Below, piece by piece: positions 30,724 through 39,450 of a stretch of 64,000 nt of DNA. The position numbers were made by a program, and so were the translations under genes. This stretch comes from a virus. The stretch covers positions 8,265-72,264 of IMG/VR virus record IMGVR_UViG_3300044641_004197; one strand, 5' to 3'. The notes below the pieces were generated by a model. It saw nothing but the letters and a program-made list of their open reading frames with translations. It was not told the origin of the DNA and made no database searches. Each line of letters opens with the position of its first letter. The stretch's first letter is position 1.

Positions 30724-31052
30724 TAACAATAACATGTTTTATTTTGTTCGTTAATATAATCTGGTTTGAAACCGAAGCATTCGTTGAATATATAAAATTA
30801 TTCAGACTTGATTGGTTCAAAGTTAACGAATATTTAAATGCAAAAAAATTAAACTTTGAACTCACATATCATTCATATTTATTAGCAAATCATAACAACT
30901 TTTTTACTAAATTAATAACATGTCCAATATGTTTCACAACGTGGTTAAGCATTATATTGAGTGTATTATTTACACCATCTATATTAAATTTTTCAATTAT
31001 ATTCGTATTATCAATTGTTGGATTTAATATATATAAAAAAACATCAGTATGA
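30720..31052 (+). CDS. Small membrane protein with CxxC (DUF1360-like)
   Basis: Hydrophobic segments; LITCPICFTTW. Confidence 0.6.
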   Translation: MITITCFILFVNIIWFETEAFVEYIKLFRLDWFKVNEYLNAKKLNFELTYHSYLLANHNNFFTKLITCPICFTTWLSIILSVLFTPSILNFSIIFVLSIVGFNIYKKTSV

Positions 31053-31336
31053 TAATAACAAATCTAACAGAGTTCTTTTATTTTTTGAATAACAACGGAT
31101 TTACAAATTTAAATCCTGTATTTGCAAGATTTATAAGTAGTGTCAATGATTTTAACGGAACCTGCGGATGTAAAGCTGCAGAAAAAAGCAAAAAATTAAA
31201 CGTTTGCACACAACTATATACAGAATGTGCAAACGTTTTACCAACTTATAAATCTACATTATTTTCTAGATTTCCTACGGAGTCTTTTATCGAACTGAGG
31301 AATAACTCCATAGTCCTTAATACTATTAGAAGATAA
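31049..31336 (+). CDS. Hypothetical protein
   Basis: 95 aa, ATGA-coupled to the upstream gene. Confidence 0.65.
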   Translation: MIITNLTEFFYFLNNNGFTNLNPVFARFISSVNDFNGTCGCKAAEKSKKLNVCTQLYTECANVLPTYKSTLFSRFPTESFIELRNNSIVLNTIRR

Positions 31337-31954
31337 TACTCCAATACTAGTCAAAGCTGTATTTACGTTTTCAATTATATAAGGACATTCTACAATTTGT
31401 TCCTTGGTGGTGTATTTCTCAGAATAGTCTTCCCATTCAAAACTATAATCTGCTCTATTTTTTACCTTTGGGTTATTAATAGATTCATGTTCATTGGGAG
31501 GCAAATCATATACCTTCTTCTTTCTCTTAGAAGATGTATCATACTTAAACCTAGTAATATGAATTAATTTACCCGCCTGTTTATATTGTAACCATGTGCA
31601 TTCATCTTCTGGATAATGATCATAACGAATATCCGTGATGAAAACAACATCTGCCTTGGATTTACCAACACGTTGTTCCATCTTTTGAGTCCAATATCTA
31701 CCACCACTAATCTTTCTCATTACATCACCATATGCAACTAACAATGGACGAATAATAGTCTTTTCCTCTGTATTTTCTGTAAAGACATCAATTCCTGTCT
31801 TCTTATAAATCAAATCTTTTAAATCAAACTTGAGTTCATATGCCAACGCAAATCTCTCAGTCTTTAATCCTTTTTCTTCTAATACATTCTGCGCAACTGT
31901 GGTAAACAAATCTTTACCACTTCTAGCTAAACCTGATACACCAATCAATTTCAT
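31259..31954 (-). CDS. Deoxynucleoside monophosphate kinase (T4 gp1-like)
   Basis: GVSGLARSGKD, FALAYELK, RPLLVAYG, ITDIRY and HES. Confidence 0.85.
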   Translation of the reverse strand: MKLIGVSGLARSGKDLFTTVAQNVLEEKGLKTERFALAYELKFDLKDLIYKKTGIDVFTENTEEKTIIRPLLVAYGDVMRKISGGRYWTQKMEQRVGKSKADVVFITDIRYDHYPEDECTWLQYKQAGKLIHITRFKYDTSSKRKKKVYDLPPNEHESINNPKVKNRADYSFEWEDYSEKYTTKEQIVECPYIIENVNTALTSIGVLSSNSIKDYGVIPQFDKRLRRKSRK

Positions 31955-32481
31955 TGTTCAAATAACCTTTCAATTTCTTTATCTGTTTTACCATATAACT
32001 TACAAATATCCGTTATATAAGATATCCCAGACTCGTTTTTTAATAAAATCTTACAATAGTCCTTAACTTCATCACTTCCTAACTGGAAGTGTTTGGACAA
32101 TATCTCAATCAATTCTTCATTATATTTTGTGGCGGAAGATTTAATCCACTTACAAAACTTTCTACCAGATGGAGTCAAATCACAACAAACCTTGTAGAAT
32201 TGTTCATTTGGAATAGATTCAAAATATCTAGACAAATATGCCATAGATTCAATAGAACCAACATCCATACTCAACCCCATCAGTAATGTATACTTACTGA
32301 AGGATTTCTTCTCTACATCAGATAAATTTGTATAATAATCATCAGACTTTACCTCACGAATGTGATTTATGTGATCAAATAAACCTTTACTCTTCGTCTT
32401 CGTCGATAAGGTCTTTTTCTCTTCGTTGGATATCTCGGAGCCGTTCTTCGACGGTTTTTGATTTTTCTTCGGTCTTGCCAT
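31951..32481 (-). CDS. gp62: Clamp loader small subunit (T4 gp62-like)
   Basis: LFDHINHI...SFSKY...GLSM...RKFCKWIK pattern. Confidence 0.7.
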   Translation of the reverse strand: MARPKKNQKPSKNGSEISNEEKKTLSTKTKSKGLFDHINHIREVKSDDYYTNLSDVEKKSFSKYTLLMGLSMDVGSIESMAYLSRYFESIPNEQFYKVCCDLTPSGRKFCKWIKSSATKYNEELIEILSKHFQLGSDEVKDYCKILLKNESGISYITDICKLYGKTDKEIERLFEQ

Positions 32482-32734
32482 TTGATTTAATCTTATTGAT
32501 TCTAGCTCTGATAGAGTTGATTAACAATGATAGTTGTTTTTGATTACCATTCAAAGATTTTATATCACTATTTAAACGAGACGTTCTATTATCTAATATA
32601 TCCAATTTTTCGTCAATAGTGTTATTAGACAACAAGTAAAAAAATGCCAATAGCCCTAGAGCTATTGGCATTGTCTTGGGAAATGCCGACGATACTACAC
32701 AAATAATAATTATAAGTATCGTTTTAGTAATCAT
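32387..32734 (-). CDS. Hypothetical membrane protein with coiled coil
   Basis: Two N-terminal hydrophobic helices followed by a heptad-rich tail. Confidence 0.6.
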   Translation of the reverse strand: MITKTILIIIICVVSSAFPKTMPIALGLLAFFYLLSNNTIDEKLDILDNRTSRLNSDIKSLNGNQKQLSLLINSIRARINKIKSNGKTEEKSKTVEERLRDIQRREKDLIDEDEE

Positions 32735-32870
32735 TCTCTTCTTCTAGAAAGTCTTTCACAGACTTCTTTTTGGAAGGATCAAGTCCTTCCCACTTCTTGA
32801 GTTTCTTACTATTTTTTGACTTTTTACCCTTGAAAGGTTTGTCAGAATTACGACGAAATGTCTTTCCCAT
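32724..32870 (-). CDS. Small basic hypothetical protein (48 aa)
   Basis: Manual translation MGKTFRRNSDKPFKGKKSKNSKKLKKWEGLDPSKKKSVKDFLEEENDY; fills the intergenic gap. Confidence 0.55.
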   Translation of the reverse strand: MGKTFRRNSDKPFKGKKSKNSKKLKKWEGLDPSKKKSVKDFLEEENDY

Positions 32871-32891
32871 ATTTCAACTACAATTTATGTT

Positions 32892-33104
32892 TTAACGACG
32901 AGAAGCAGCACGCTTAGTAGCGGTGATGATACGAGTCAAAGCATTGACCTGGCGGCCATTCAACTCAATACGCTTTTCACCCTCAACGATAACCAACTTG
33001 GTTGCCTTCTTGGTAGAAGCAAACGGAACAACAACGTGAGCACGAACACCTTGAACGGCAGTCTTAGCAAACGTGGTGCGCTTATTCTTATTAGTAACGA
33101 TCAT
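32892..33104 (-). CDS. Small basic hypothetical protein
   Basis: 70 aa; AAAGGA Shine-Dalgarno, A-rich leader and upstream promoter. Confidence 0.7.
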   Translation of the reverse strand: MIVTNKNKRTTFAKTAVQGVRAHVVVPFASTKKATKLVIVEGEKRIELNGRQVNALTRIITATKRAASRR

Positions 33105-33168
33105 ATTTTTTCCTTTTTTATTTATTTTGTTTTTGTTTTTCAGTTAGCGATTTACTAACATAAATATA

Positions 33169-33197
33169 ATACTACACGAACAAACTCACATCGTCAA
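33169..33197 (-). promoter_or_regulatory. Sigma70-like promoter
   Basis: TTGACG-17-TAGTAT. Confidence 0.5.
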
Positions 33198-33210
33198 CAA
33201 CTTTTACTTA

Positions 33211-34122
33211 TTATATTTTGTAGGTCTGTTCGAACTTTTCAATAGCATAGTCCTTACCCTTGAACTCAAATTCAAAGTCAACATCCAAATTTTGATATTC
33301 AGCAGGAATCTCACGGACATAATCCGCATGAGCACGGGGATTGCTATTGTTCAAATCATTGTCACTAAAGTGAAACAACGGACGATGCTTACCCCAAGTA
33401 GACATTGCAAGATTAACATCTTCAGTAGCAGTCAACTTGCCAGTATTACAGCGGTAGTGTAAATTGTCATAAGTAATAGGAATGCCAGTATTTTGATATA
33501 CGTAATCATACAGTTCTTGAACTTTCCAACTATTAGGTTTATCTTCGTTTTCCAAAACCAGCCTAGACCTCACTTTCTCAGAAAGGCTGTTATATACATC
33601 AATAAAACGCAAGGCGATGTCCTTTACGTTACCCTTGTAACAATTCATATGAATGTTTATAGGAGCATCATACGAACGAGGAAGACCAAAGTAGTCCATC
33701 ATCTTGCCATGCATCTCCAATTCTTCAATAGATTTCTTAACTACAGCAGAATTGGCACTGGCAGGAACAACGAACTGGTCAGGATGAGTGCTACAACGGA
33801 TATTATACTTTTTGATAACCGCAGCAGCAAGATCAAACTCTTGTTTGATTTTAGAAAAATTATAGGTATTCTCAAGCAACAAATTAGCATCTGGCAATGT
33901 TTCCAGAGGCATCATACCACTACTGATACGATAATTCCAACCACGTTGACCACAAAACTCCAACGTCTTACGAGTAACATAAACGTTGTTAAGAGTTCTA
34001 TCCGCAACAATACGTTCGGCGGAATTACGTTCAAGAGCAAGAAATCTAGTCTTGGTCATGGTTGACGCTTTGATTCCTTGTTCTTGAAGTTTGAGAGAAA
34101 TGCAACAGAGTGACTTTTTCAT
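33211..34122 (-). CDS. uvsE: UV damage endonuclease
   Basis: YRISS, STHPDQF, INIH, RLVLENED, ITYDNLH, FHFS and HADY. Confidence 0.93.
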   Translation of the reverse strand: MKKSLCCISLKLQEQGIKASTMTKTRFLALERNSAERIVADRTLNNVYVTRKTLEFCGQRGWNYRISSGMMPLETLPDANLLLENTYNFSKIKQEFDLAAAVIKKYNIRCSTHPDQFVVPASANSAVVKKSIEELEMHGKMMDYFGLPRSYDAPINIHMNCYKGNVKDIALRFIDVYNSLSEKVRSRLVLENEDKPNSWKVQELYDYVYQNTGIPITYDNLHYRCNTGKLTATEDVNLAMSTWGKHRPLFHFSDNDLNNSNPRAHADYVREIPAEYQNLDVDFEFEFKGKDYAIEKFEQTYKI

Positions 34123-34128
34123 TCTCTT

Positions 34129-34156
34129 ATTATAACTAACTTATTATAAATGTCAA
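34129..34156 (-). promoter_or_regulatory. Sigma70-like promoter, probably giving a leaderless mRNA
   Basis: TTGACA-16-TATAAT; -10 box lies 6 nt before the ATG. Confidence 0.6.
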
Positions 34157-34159
34157 CGG

Positions 34160-35335
34160 TTATCTTCCAACTTCACCGAAATACTTATCCTTAGCCTCTT
34201 CATAAGTCATTCCTATCATTTTATTATAATATAGAATATCAGGCTTCAAGTTACCCTCATTATTTAGCTTTTTATATCTTTCTATTGCCTTTGGTTTCCA
34301 CCATTCAATTATACCATTTACATCTTTCTTAAAGAGTTCTTTCATCTTCAATTGATCTTCTGCAATTTTATTTTGAAGGAACTCTTTGGTATTTTCATAG
34401 AAACAACTATAATAGACACCTCTCTCATATCCATGTTGATAATCAGTAGCTTTAATTTTTAATTCTTGGAATATCATACTGATTACTCTGTTCTTAGCAC
34501 CAGTTACAGGTCCACTAACACCTTCCTTCTGTGTCATTTCCTCTTCGTATTTCTGTTTTTTATTATCCTTAATCCATTGATGCCAGACATCATATACACT
34601 ATCATCTGGTTTAATCATCATTTTACCGGCACTAGAACCGCATTTATGCCACCATTTCAAACTATTATACATACTATAACTTCCATATAAACTTGTAGTG
34701 GTAATACCTACAAGGGATTGTCCATACAACTTCTTCCAAATTTCTCTAACTTTTGAAGATGTAACAAGAGCAGCTACCAATTTACCACCCAAGAAATTAT
34801 ATCCAAACGGTTGGGTGGACATAATACAACTACCAATAGCACTATTAGCAAGTTTCTTATCTTGCAACCTATTCTCATCAGTCCATCCAATATAATTATC
34901 TCTATCTGTAATAGCAATAACGTCACTTGATATACTAACTACACCCAAATAACGTGGATTATCTTCATTACCATCACTAATCAACAGTTTAATAAATCTA
35001 CCAGGAGTTTGAGCATATTCCATCGTATGACAGAATGTTCGTAACAGCACCCAATCAGAATCTAATGGATTATTTAATACATGAACTACCGTTGGATTAA
35101 TATCCTCAATCTCTTGAATTGTCAATTTTTCATCATTGATATCTGTAGGAGTCCATATCTTAGCTTTTGATATTGACGATTTATTAATATAATTTCTTAA
35201 CCCTTGAACTTCCAACCATTTCTTATAAAAGGTCTGTTCTTCCGCCGTCATACTCTTTAAGAAATTTAAGTTATTAATAAACTTGCGTTTCTCTAAATCA
35301 TAGTCAAAATCAAAATCTCCAAAAAATTGGCTCAT
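34160..35335 (-). CDS. DUF4338 / Druantia DruA-like protein
   Basis: PGRFIK, RDNYIGW, QPFGYNFLGGKLVA and GITTTSLYG..SMYN. Confidence 0.78.
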   Translation of the reverse strand: MSQFFGDFDFDYDLEKRKFINNLNFLKSMTAEEQTFYKKWLEVQGLRNYINKSSISKAKIWTPTDINDEKLTIQEIEDINPTVVHVLNNPLDSDWVLLRTFCHTMEYAQTPGRFIKLLISDGNEDNPRYLGVVSISSDVIAITDRDNYIGWTDENRLQDKKLANSAIGSCIMSTQPFGYNFLGGKLVAALVTSSKVREIWKKLYGQSLVGITTTSLYGSYSMYNSLKWWHKCGSSAGKMMIKPDDSVYDVWHQWIKDNKKQKYEEEMTQKEGVSGPVTGAKNRVISMIFQELKIKATDYQHGYERGVYYSCFYENTKEFLQNKIAEDQLKMKELFKKDVNGIIEWWKPKAIERYKKLNNEGNLKPDILYYNKMIGMTYEEAKDKYFGEVGR

Positions 35336-35622
35336 TTAGTTTCTTTCTCAGTCTGTGTTTTTCTAAGTTTAAGTTTAAACCTCAGTTCACATGTTACCAC
35401 ACATTCGTTTAAAGACTTAGTTTTTTCTTTCATTTCTACTACTTCAAATAAATCCCATTCTTCTCTAAACGATTCTTTTAAACCATCCGTCTTGAGTCCG
35501 TTAGTCACTATCTCTACATCGTCCTTAGATAGTTTTTTATTGACAACTTTGTTTTCATCATATACAAAGAAGCATTTTCTGGATGGTTTGTCTAAATACA
35601 ATATAATCTTGTCTCTTTTCAT
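35332..35622 (-). CDS. Hypothetical protein
   Basis: 96 aa, ATGA-coupled to the DUF4338 gene. Confidence 0.65.
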   Translation of the reverse strand: MKRDKIILYLDKPSRKCFFVYDENKVVNKKLSKDDVEIVTNGLKTDGLKESFREEWDLFEVVEMKEKTKSLNECVVTCELRFKLKLRKTQTEKETK

Positions 35623-35741
35623 TTTTTTAATGTTATTGGTAATCTAACCACACTATAGTGGTCTTCATCATACATATTAGAATCAAATTCAAACTATATG
35701 TCTTCTTCGCTTAAAGAAACATAAATTAACTTGCAGTCATC

Positions 35742-35800
35742 AAAAGAAAAGATGCCGAATATAGTCACATTGGACATACTCGGCACCTTTTTGTTTTTGT
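35742..35800. terminator. Stem-loop flanked by A and T runs, probable terminator
   Basis: aagaTGCCGAaTAT...ATAcTCGGCAccttttt. Confidence 0.5.
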
Positions 35801-35805
35801 TTTTC

Positions 35806-36192
35806 TTAGGCATTAACCGTCTTATGTGAGTGTGTCTCTACAACCGCTTCAGTATTCTCGGTAGAATCAGAAGCCTTAATGTTAACCACATTGACAGTAG
35901 AATAACAATCCTTCAAGAGAACCTCAGCCGCCTTAGCAGACTCCAAGGCCTTCTCAGTGACAGGTGCCATAGCAAAAGCCAACTTCGGGCGACCCTTACC
36001 AGTATTAATGGTTCCGATCTCAACAATTGTTGCATCTTCAATGGCATTCTTGACGCGGACACGAAGGGTGATTTCCTTGAAGTCACCATTGGTAGTCAAC
36101 AACGAGTCAATCGTAAAATACGAATCAGCACTAGGCCAGTTCACAACTTGATTGGTCTTGTTCTTACGGTCAGTCTTCTTTGCGTTACTCAT
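35806..36192 (-). CDS. Putative winged-helix DNA-binding protein
   Basis: FTIDSL...EITLRVRVK...VEIGTINTGKGRPKLAF wing motif. Confidence 0.6.
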   Translation of the reverse strand: MSNAKKTDRKNKTNQVVNWPSADSYFTIDSLLTTNGDFKEITLRVRVKNAIEDATIVEIGTINTGKGRPKLAFAMAPVTEKALESAKAAEVLLKDCYSTVNVVNIKASDSTENTEAVVETHSHKTVNA

Positions 36193-36255
36193 ATACTATA
36201 TTTCCTTTTTTATTTTTTGTTTATGTTTGTTTATTGGTTTTTAACCACTTTTAAA

Positions 36256-36284
36256 AGTATAACACGGGTTATATATTATGTCAA
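36256..36284 (-). promoter_or_regulatory. Sigma70-like promoter
   Basis: TTGACA-17-TATACT with extended TG. Confidence 0.6.
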
Positions 36285-38398
36285 TCCTTATTCAAGAACA
36301 TTTTATTAATAGTTTTAGCAATATCAAAAATATTCTTGACGTTCACAAATGATGCATTTTGTCCATACATCACTTTGAATTGCTTTCTCACTGCATCAAG
36401 ATCCTTGTTAGTAGAACTCATAACATAAGAACTATACAATGCTTCATAATCCTCCTTAATAAAATAACTCAAGATTTTATATCCCTTATCACGAACCTTA
36501 TTGACTTGACTACGTGTATGAATACAAGCCTGTTCTCCTCCGTATTGAACGGTCACTCCAGACACATCTTGGTAATTCATAAAAGGTTGACCATCACTAA
36601 AATTTAGAAAATAGTAATTGTCATCCGTAGATGTAGGAAGTTCATTCATAATAGATTCAAAACACATTCCTTCAGGAGTGCATCCTGCGGGAACAATATA
36701 AGGAAACAAATTCTTTACCTTACTAATTTTATCAATATTAGAATCATAAGCAATAACAACATAAGGATGTTCCGAAGATCGACTTGTGCTATGGAAAGTA
36801 GATCTAAAACTAACAGCAACCCTTACATTATCAATCATAGACGCAGCTTTACAAATAGCAGTAACAGCAGTCATTGTAGTCAACCACTTATTACCACCCA
36901 TGCTTGAACTAGCATCTACACTAATATGAATATAAGATTTATTATATTGATCCACATCAATATTATAAAACACGTTCTCATTGTCATAAGACAACTCAGA
37001 CAATATGCGTTTATCAATACGTCCGGTAGGCTTACGCATATGCTTACAAGTGTTGACCTCGTTTCTAACCTGAAGTCTACGACCCAAGACCGCACCCTTA
37101 ACGAATCCTTCATTAATAGCATTAACCATTTCTTTAGAAGCGTATGCCTTATCCTTATGATCAAGCATGCTCAAAGGAAACAACTTACTATCAATCAATT
37201 CTTTAGTCAGTTTCTTGACCAGAATACAATCAACCTTGTATTTACCATCAGACTTAACATAGGTATTACCGACAGAAACAAGTGTCATTCCTGACTTCTC
37301 GATAGCATCAAGAATATTCTTCTCTTTAGTAGAGACCTTTTTCTTCTTGATGTTTCCGTTCAAAAAGTCCTTTTGTTTGTCAAGAGACTTTTTAATTTGA
37401 TTGGTTCTAGTCTTGGATACCTTTGAATCCTCGCCAATGTTGTCCTTAATGGTTTGTTCGTCTGTGGTAGAGACCTTAGTAGTATCTTCCCCACCCAAAA
37501 CATCATCAACATTTTGATTTGAATTAGACGGACTTTTATTAGAGTCTCCTCCTTTATTGTCCAAAGGAATTCCAATTGAACTGGAACTGTCATCGCCTTG
37601 AGATTCAGAATTCTCTTCTGTATTCTGGGATGCAGACTGTCCTTTATCTTGCTTTGTAGGAGCTTCAATAATATTTTGGAGAATAATTGCAACGACCTCA
37701 TAAGCTACCTGCAATCTATCATGGGTAGTCTTAAGACGTTCAATGTCAGAAAGATTGATGATCTTGGCAATATCACGAAGACCCGGCAAAGCATCAAGAT
37801 CGGTGTTTTTATTAGTGAAATTGATGATACGAGCTTCGTAACTTGCAATGCTAGGAACACGATACAAATCGCTCTTAAGCATTATATCAATCTTATTGCT
37901 ATTAAAATACTTATCATAGAGAGCGTTATAATAACCACGATATCCAGGAGCATTCTTGAATACGTAATTATCAATATAACGATCCTCAATATAGTTGAGA
38001 ATGTTCTTGACAAGCACATGAATGTCTTCCTTCGAAATTTGAAGACGTTGGCCGTAAGTATAAAGTTCACGGGGAACCTTCTGCCAGATAGTTTTAAAAA
38101 TATCAAAATCTGACAGAAGGACGTGACTACCTTCGTGAAGGGCCAAACCTACAGCGGGGTCAAAATCTTCCTTATTAACAATATCAGAAGAAATATAAAC
38201 CGTCTTTCCACAAGTGCTGTTGTCGCCACTATCATTAAAATAAACCGGAATAGATTTATTTGTAAGAATGTGAACGAAGTTGCTAATAGCCCTACGGGCC
38301 ATTGCTAGTTTGATCAAGTTGGTGTTGATAGCATTCTCGCTAACATCATCCTCGAAATCAAAATCATCCAACCAGTATTCGCTGTAGGTATTTTCCAT
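36281..38398 (-). CDS. vWA-domain protein with N-terminal zincin-like HExxH domain (CobT-like partner of MoxR)
   Basis: LHEGSH and NYIEDRYID; acidic low-complexity linker; MIDAS motif DASSSM, TPEG and FSDGQP. Confidence 0.85.
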   Translation of the reverse strand: MENTYSEYWLDDFDFEDDVSENAINTNLIKLAMARRAISNFVHILTNKSIPVYFNDSGDNSTCGKTVYISSDIVNKEDFDPAVGLALHEGSHVLLSDFDIFKTIWQKVPRELYTYGQRLQISKEDIHVLVKNILNYIEDRYIDNYVFKNAPGYRGYYNALYDKYFNSNKIDIMLKSDLYRVPSIASYEARIINFTNKNTDLDALPGLRDIAKIINLSDIERLKTTHDRLQVAYEVVAIILQNIIEAPTKQDKGQSASQNTEENSESQGDDSSSSIGIPLDNKGGDSNKSPSNSNQNVDDVLGGEDTTKVSTTDEQTIKDNIGEDSKVSKTRTNQIKKSLDKQKDFLNGNIKKKKVSTKEKNILDAIEKSGMTLVSVGNTYVKSDGKYKVDCILVKKLTKELIDSKLFPLSMLDHKDKAYASKEMVNAINEGFVKGAVLGRRLQVRNEVNTCKHMRKPTGRIDKRILSELSYDNENVFYNIDVDQYNKSYIHISVDASSSMGGNKWLTTMTAVTAICKAASMIDNVRVAVSFRSTFHSTSRSSEHPYVVIAYDSNIDKISKVKNLFPYIVPAGCTPEGMCFESIMNELPTSTDDNYYFLNFSDGQPFMNYQDVSGVTVQYGGEQACIHTRSQVNKVRDKGYKILSYFIKEDYEALYSSYVMSSTNKDLDAVRKQFKVMYGQNASFVNVKNIFDIAKTINKMFLNKD

Positions 38399-38410
38399 AG
38401 TCCTCTTATT

Positions 38411-39364
38411 TTAGAACGGAGGTTGGTTATTGTCAACCTTCAAAGGATCATTGATTAAATTTTCATTCGTAACCGAAGGAATATATTTCTGAACCAATTG
38501 CTTGACATATGTCCGTTCACTGTCAACCCCACCATCAGTTAAGAAGTTAGGATAAATTGCAGTTTCAGCAATTTCGTTCAAATTGAACCCATCCAAAATC
38601 AACTCGCTCATTTCAACAGTAGAACGAGTAGGAATAAAATTAGTAAGCTTACTATCCTCACTCTTTACCTGTTCACGGGTATGATGAGCAATCTCACAAA
38701 CAGCAGCAAGAATCTTTAGGGATGCTTCATCACTAATAGAAAACCTATTCTTAAGATAATTAAACTCAGTAAGATTATCCATAGGGGACATCTCAATCTT
38801 AATAGGGAAACGACTCATCAAAGCCCTATCCATAACACGGGTTGCGGTATACTCATTACCGATATTAGCAGTTCCAATAAAACATACACCCTCAGCAACC
38901 TTAACAACCTCACTGTCCTGCTTTTCATCTAACCTCAAATAACGTTGAATGTCATCCAAAACAGTCATCATAACGTTCCAAGCATCGTGATGAGCACGGG
39001 AAATCTCGTCCAACAAAATAACAGCATTTGGAGTCTTGATAGCCTTGACAAAGGTAGACTCGCTAAAATAAGTTCCAGTTTCCTTATTGTAGTGGGTGTT
39101 ACCAATCAAGGCTGCACGAGCATCTTGAGTAGCACCCAAGTTAAAATAAAAGAAAGGACGATCAAGAGCATTCGCCACCGTTTGAGCGGAAAGAGTCTTG
39201 CCACAACCAGTAGGTCCAACAATCAAAATATTCTTTCCACGATACACCGAGCGAACCATGTATTTCCACTTGATGTCATCCATAACCAAACTAACCGGCT
39301 TAAGTTTGGTTGCGTTGCTAATTAGAGTCTTCGTATCCATTGTCTTGTTTGATGTTTTTTTCAT
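38411..39364 (-). CDS. MoxR/CobS-like AAA+ ATPase
   Basis: GPTGCGKT, LLDEISR, GTAN and MDRALMSRF. Confidence 0.92.
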   Translation of the reverse strand: MKKTSNKTMDTKTLISNATKLKPVSLVMDDIKWKYMVRSVYRGKNILIVGPTGCGKTLSAQTVANALDRPFFYFNLGATQDARAALIGNTHYNKETGTYFSESTFVKAIKTPNAVILLDEISRAHHDAWNVMMTVLDDIQRYLRLDEKQDSEVVKVAEGVCFIGTANIGNEYTATRVMDRALMSRFPIKIEMSPMDNLTEFNYLKNRFSISDEASLKILAAVCEIAHHTREQVKSEDSKLTNFIPTRSTVEMSELILDGFNLNEIAETAIYPNFLTDGGVDSERTYVKQLVQKYIPSVTNENLINDPLKVDNNQPPF

Positions 39365-39373
39365 TACAAATCC

Positions 39374-39401
39374 ATCTTAACACGGTTTATTATAAAGTCA
39401 A
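39374..39401 (-). promoter_or_regulatory. Sigma70-like promoter
   Basis: TTGACT-16-TAAGAT; shares CCGTGTTA with the 36256 promoter. Confidence 0.5.
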
Positions 39402-39403
39402 AC

Positions 39404-39433
39404 AAAAAAACCGCCAAAGTTAATTGGCGGTTT
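39404..39433 (-). terminator. Intrinsic terminator
   Basis: AAACCGCCAA..TTGGCGGTTT hairpin followed by T7 on the minus strand. Confidence 0.8.
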
Positions 39434-39450
39434 GAACTTAAAATTAAAAT

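Noticed and set aside
34160-35335. Complete Druantia defence system
   Set aside because: Only a DruA-like gene is present; there is no DruE helicase
35647-35662. ACCACACTATAGTGGT palindrome as an NrdR box
   Set aside because: Single imperfect copy, about 6 kb or more from the nrd genes
33493-38308. Long antisense ORFs (e.g. 33493..34065, 35830..36309, 37598..38113) and similar shadow ORFs across the window
   Set aside because: They mirror well-supported genes on the opposite strand and have no recognisable motifs
36281-39364. Cobalamin chelatase CobST
   Set aside because: No CobN or other cob genes; a generic MoxR/vWA pair is the safer call
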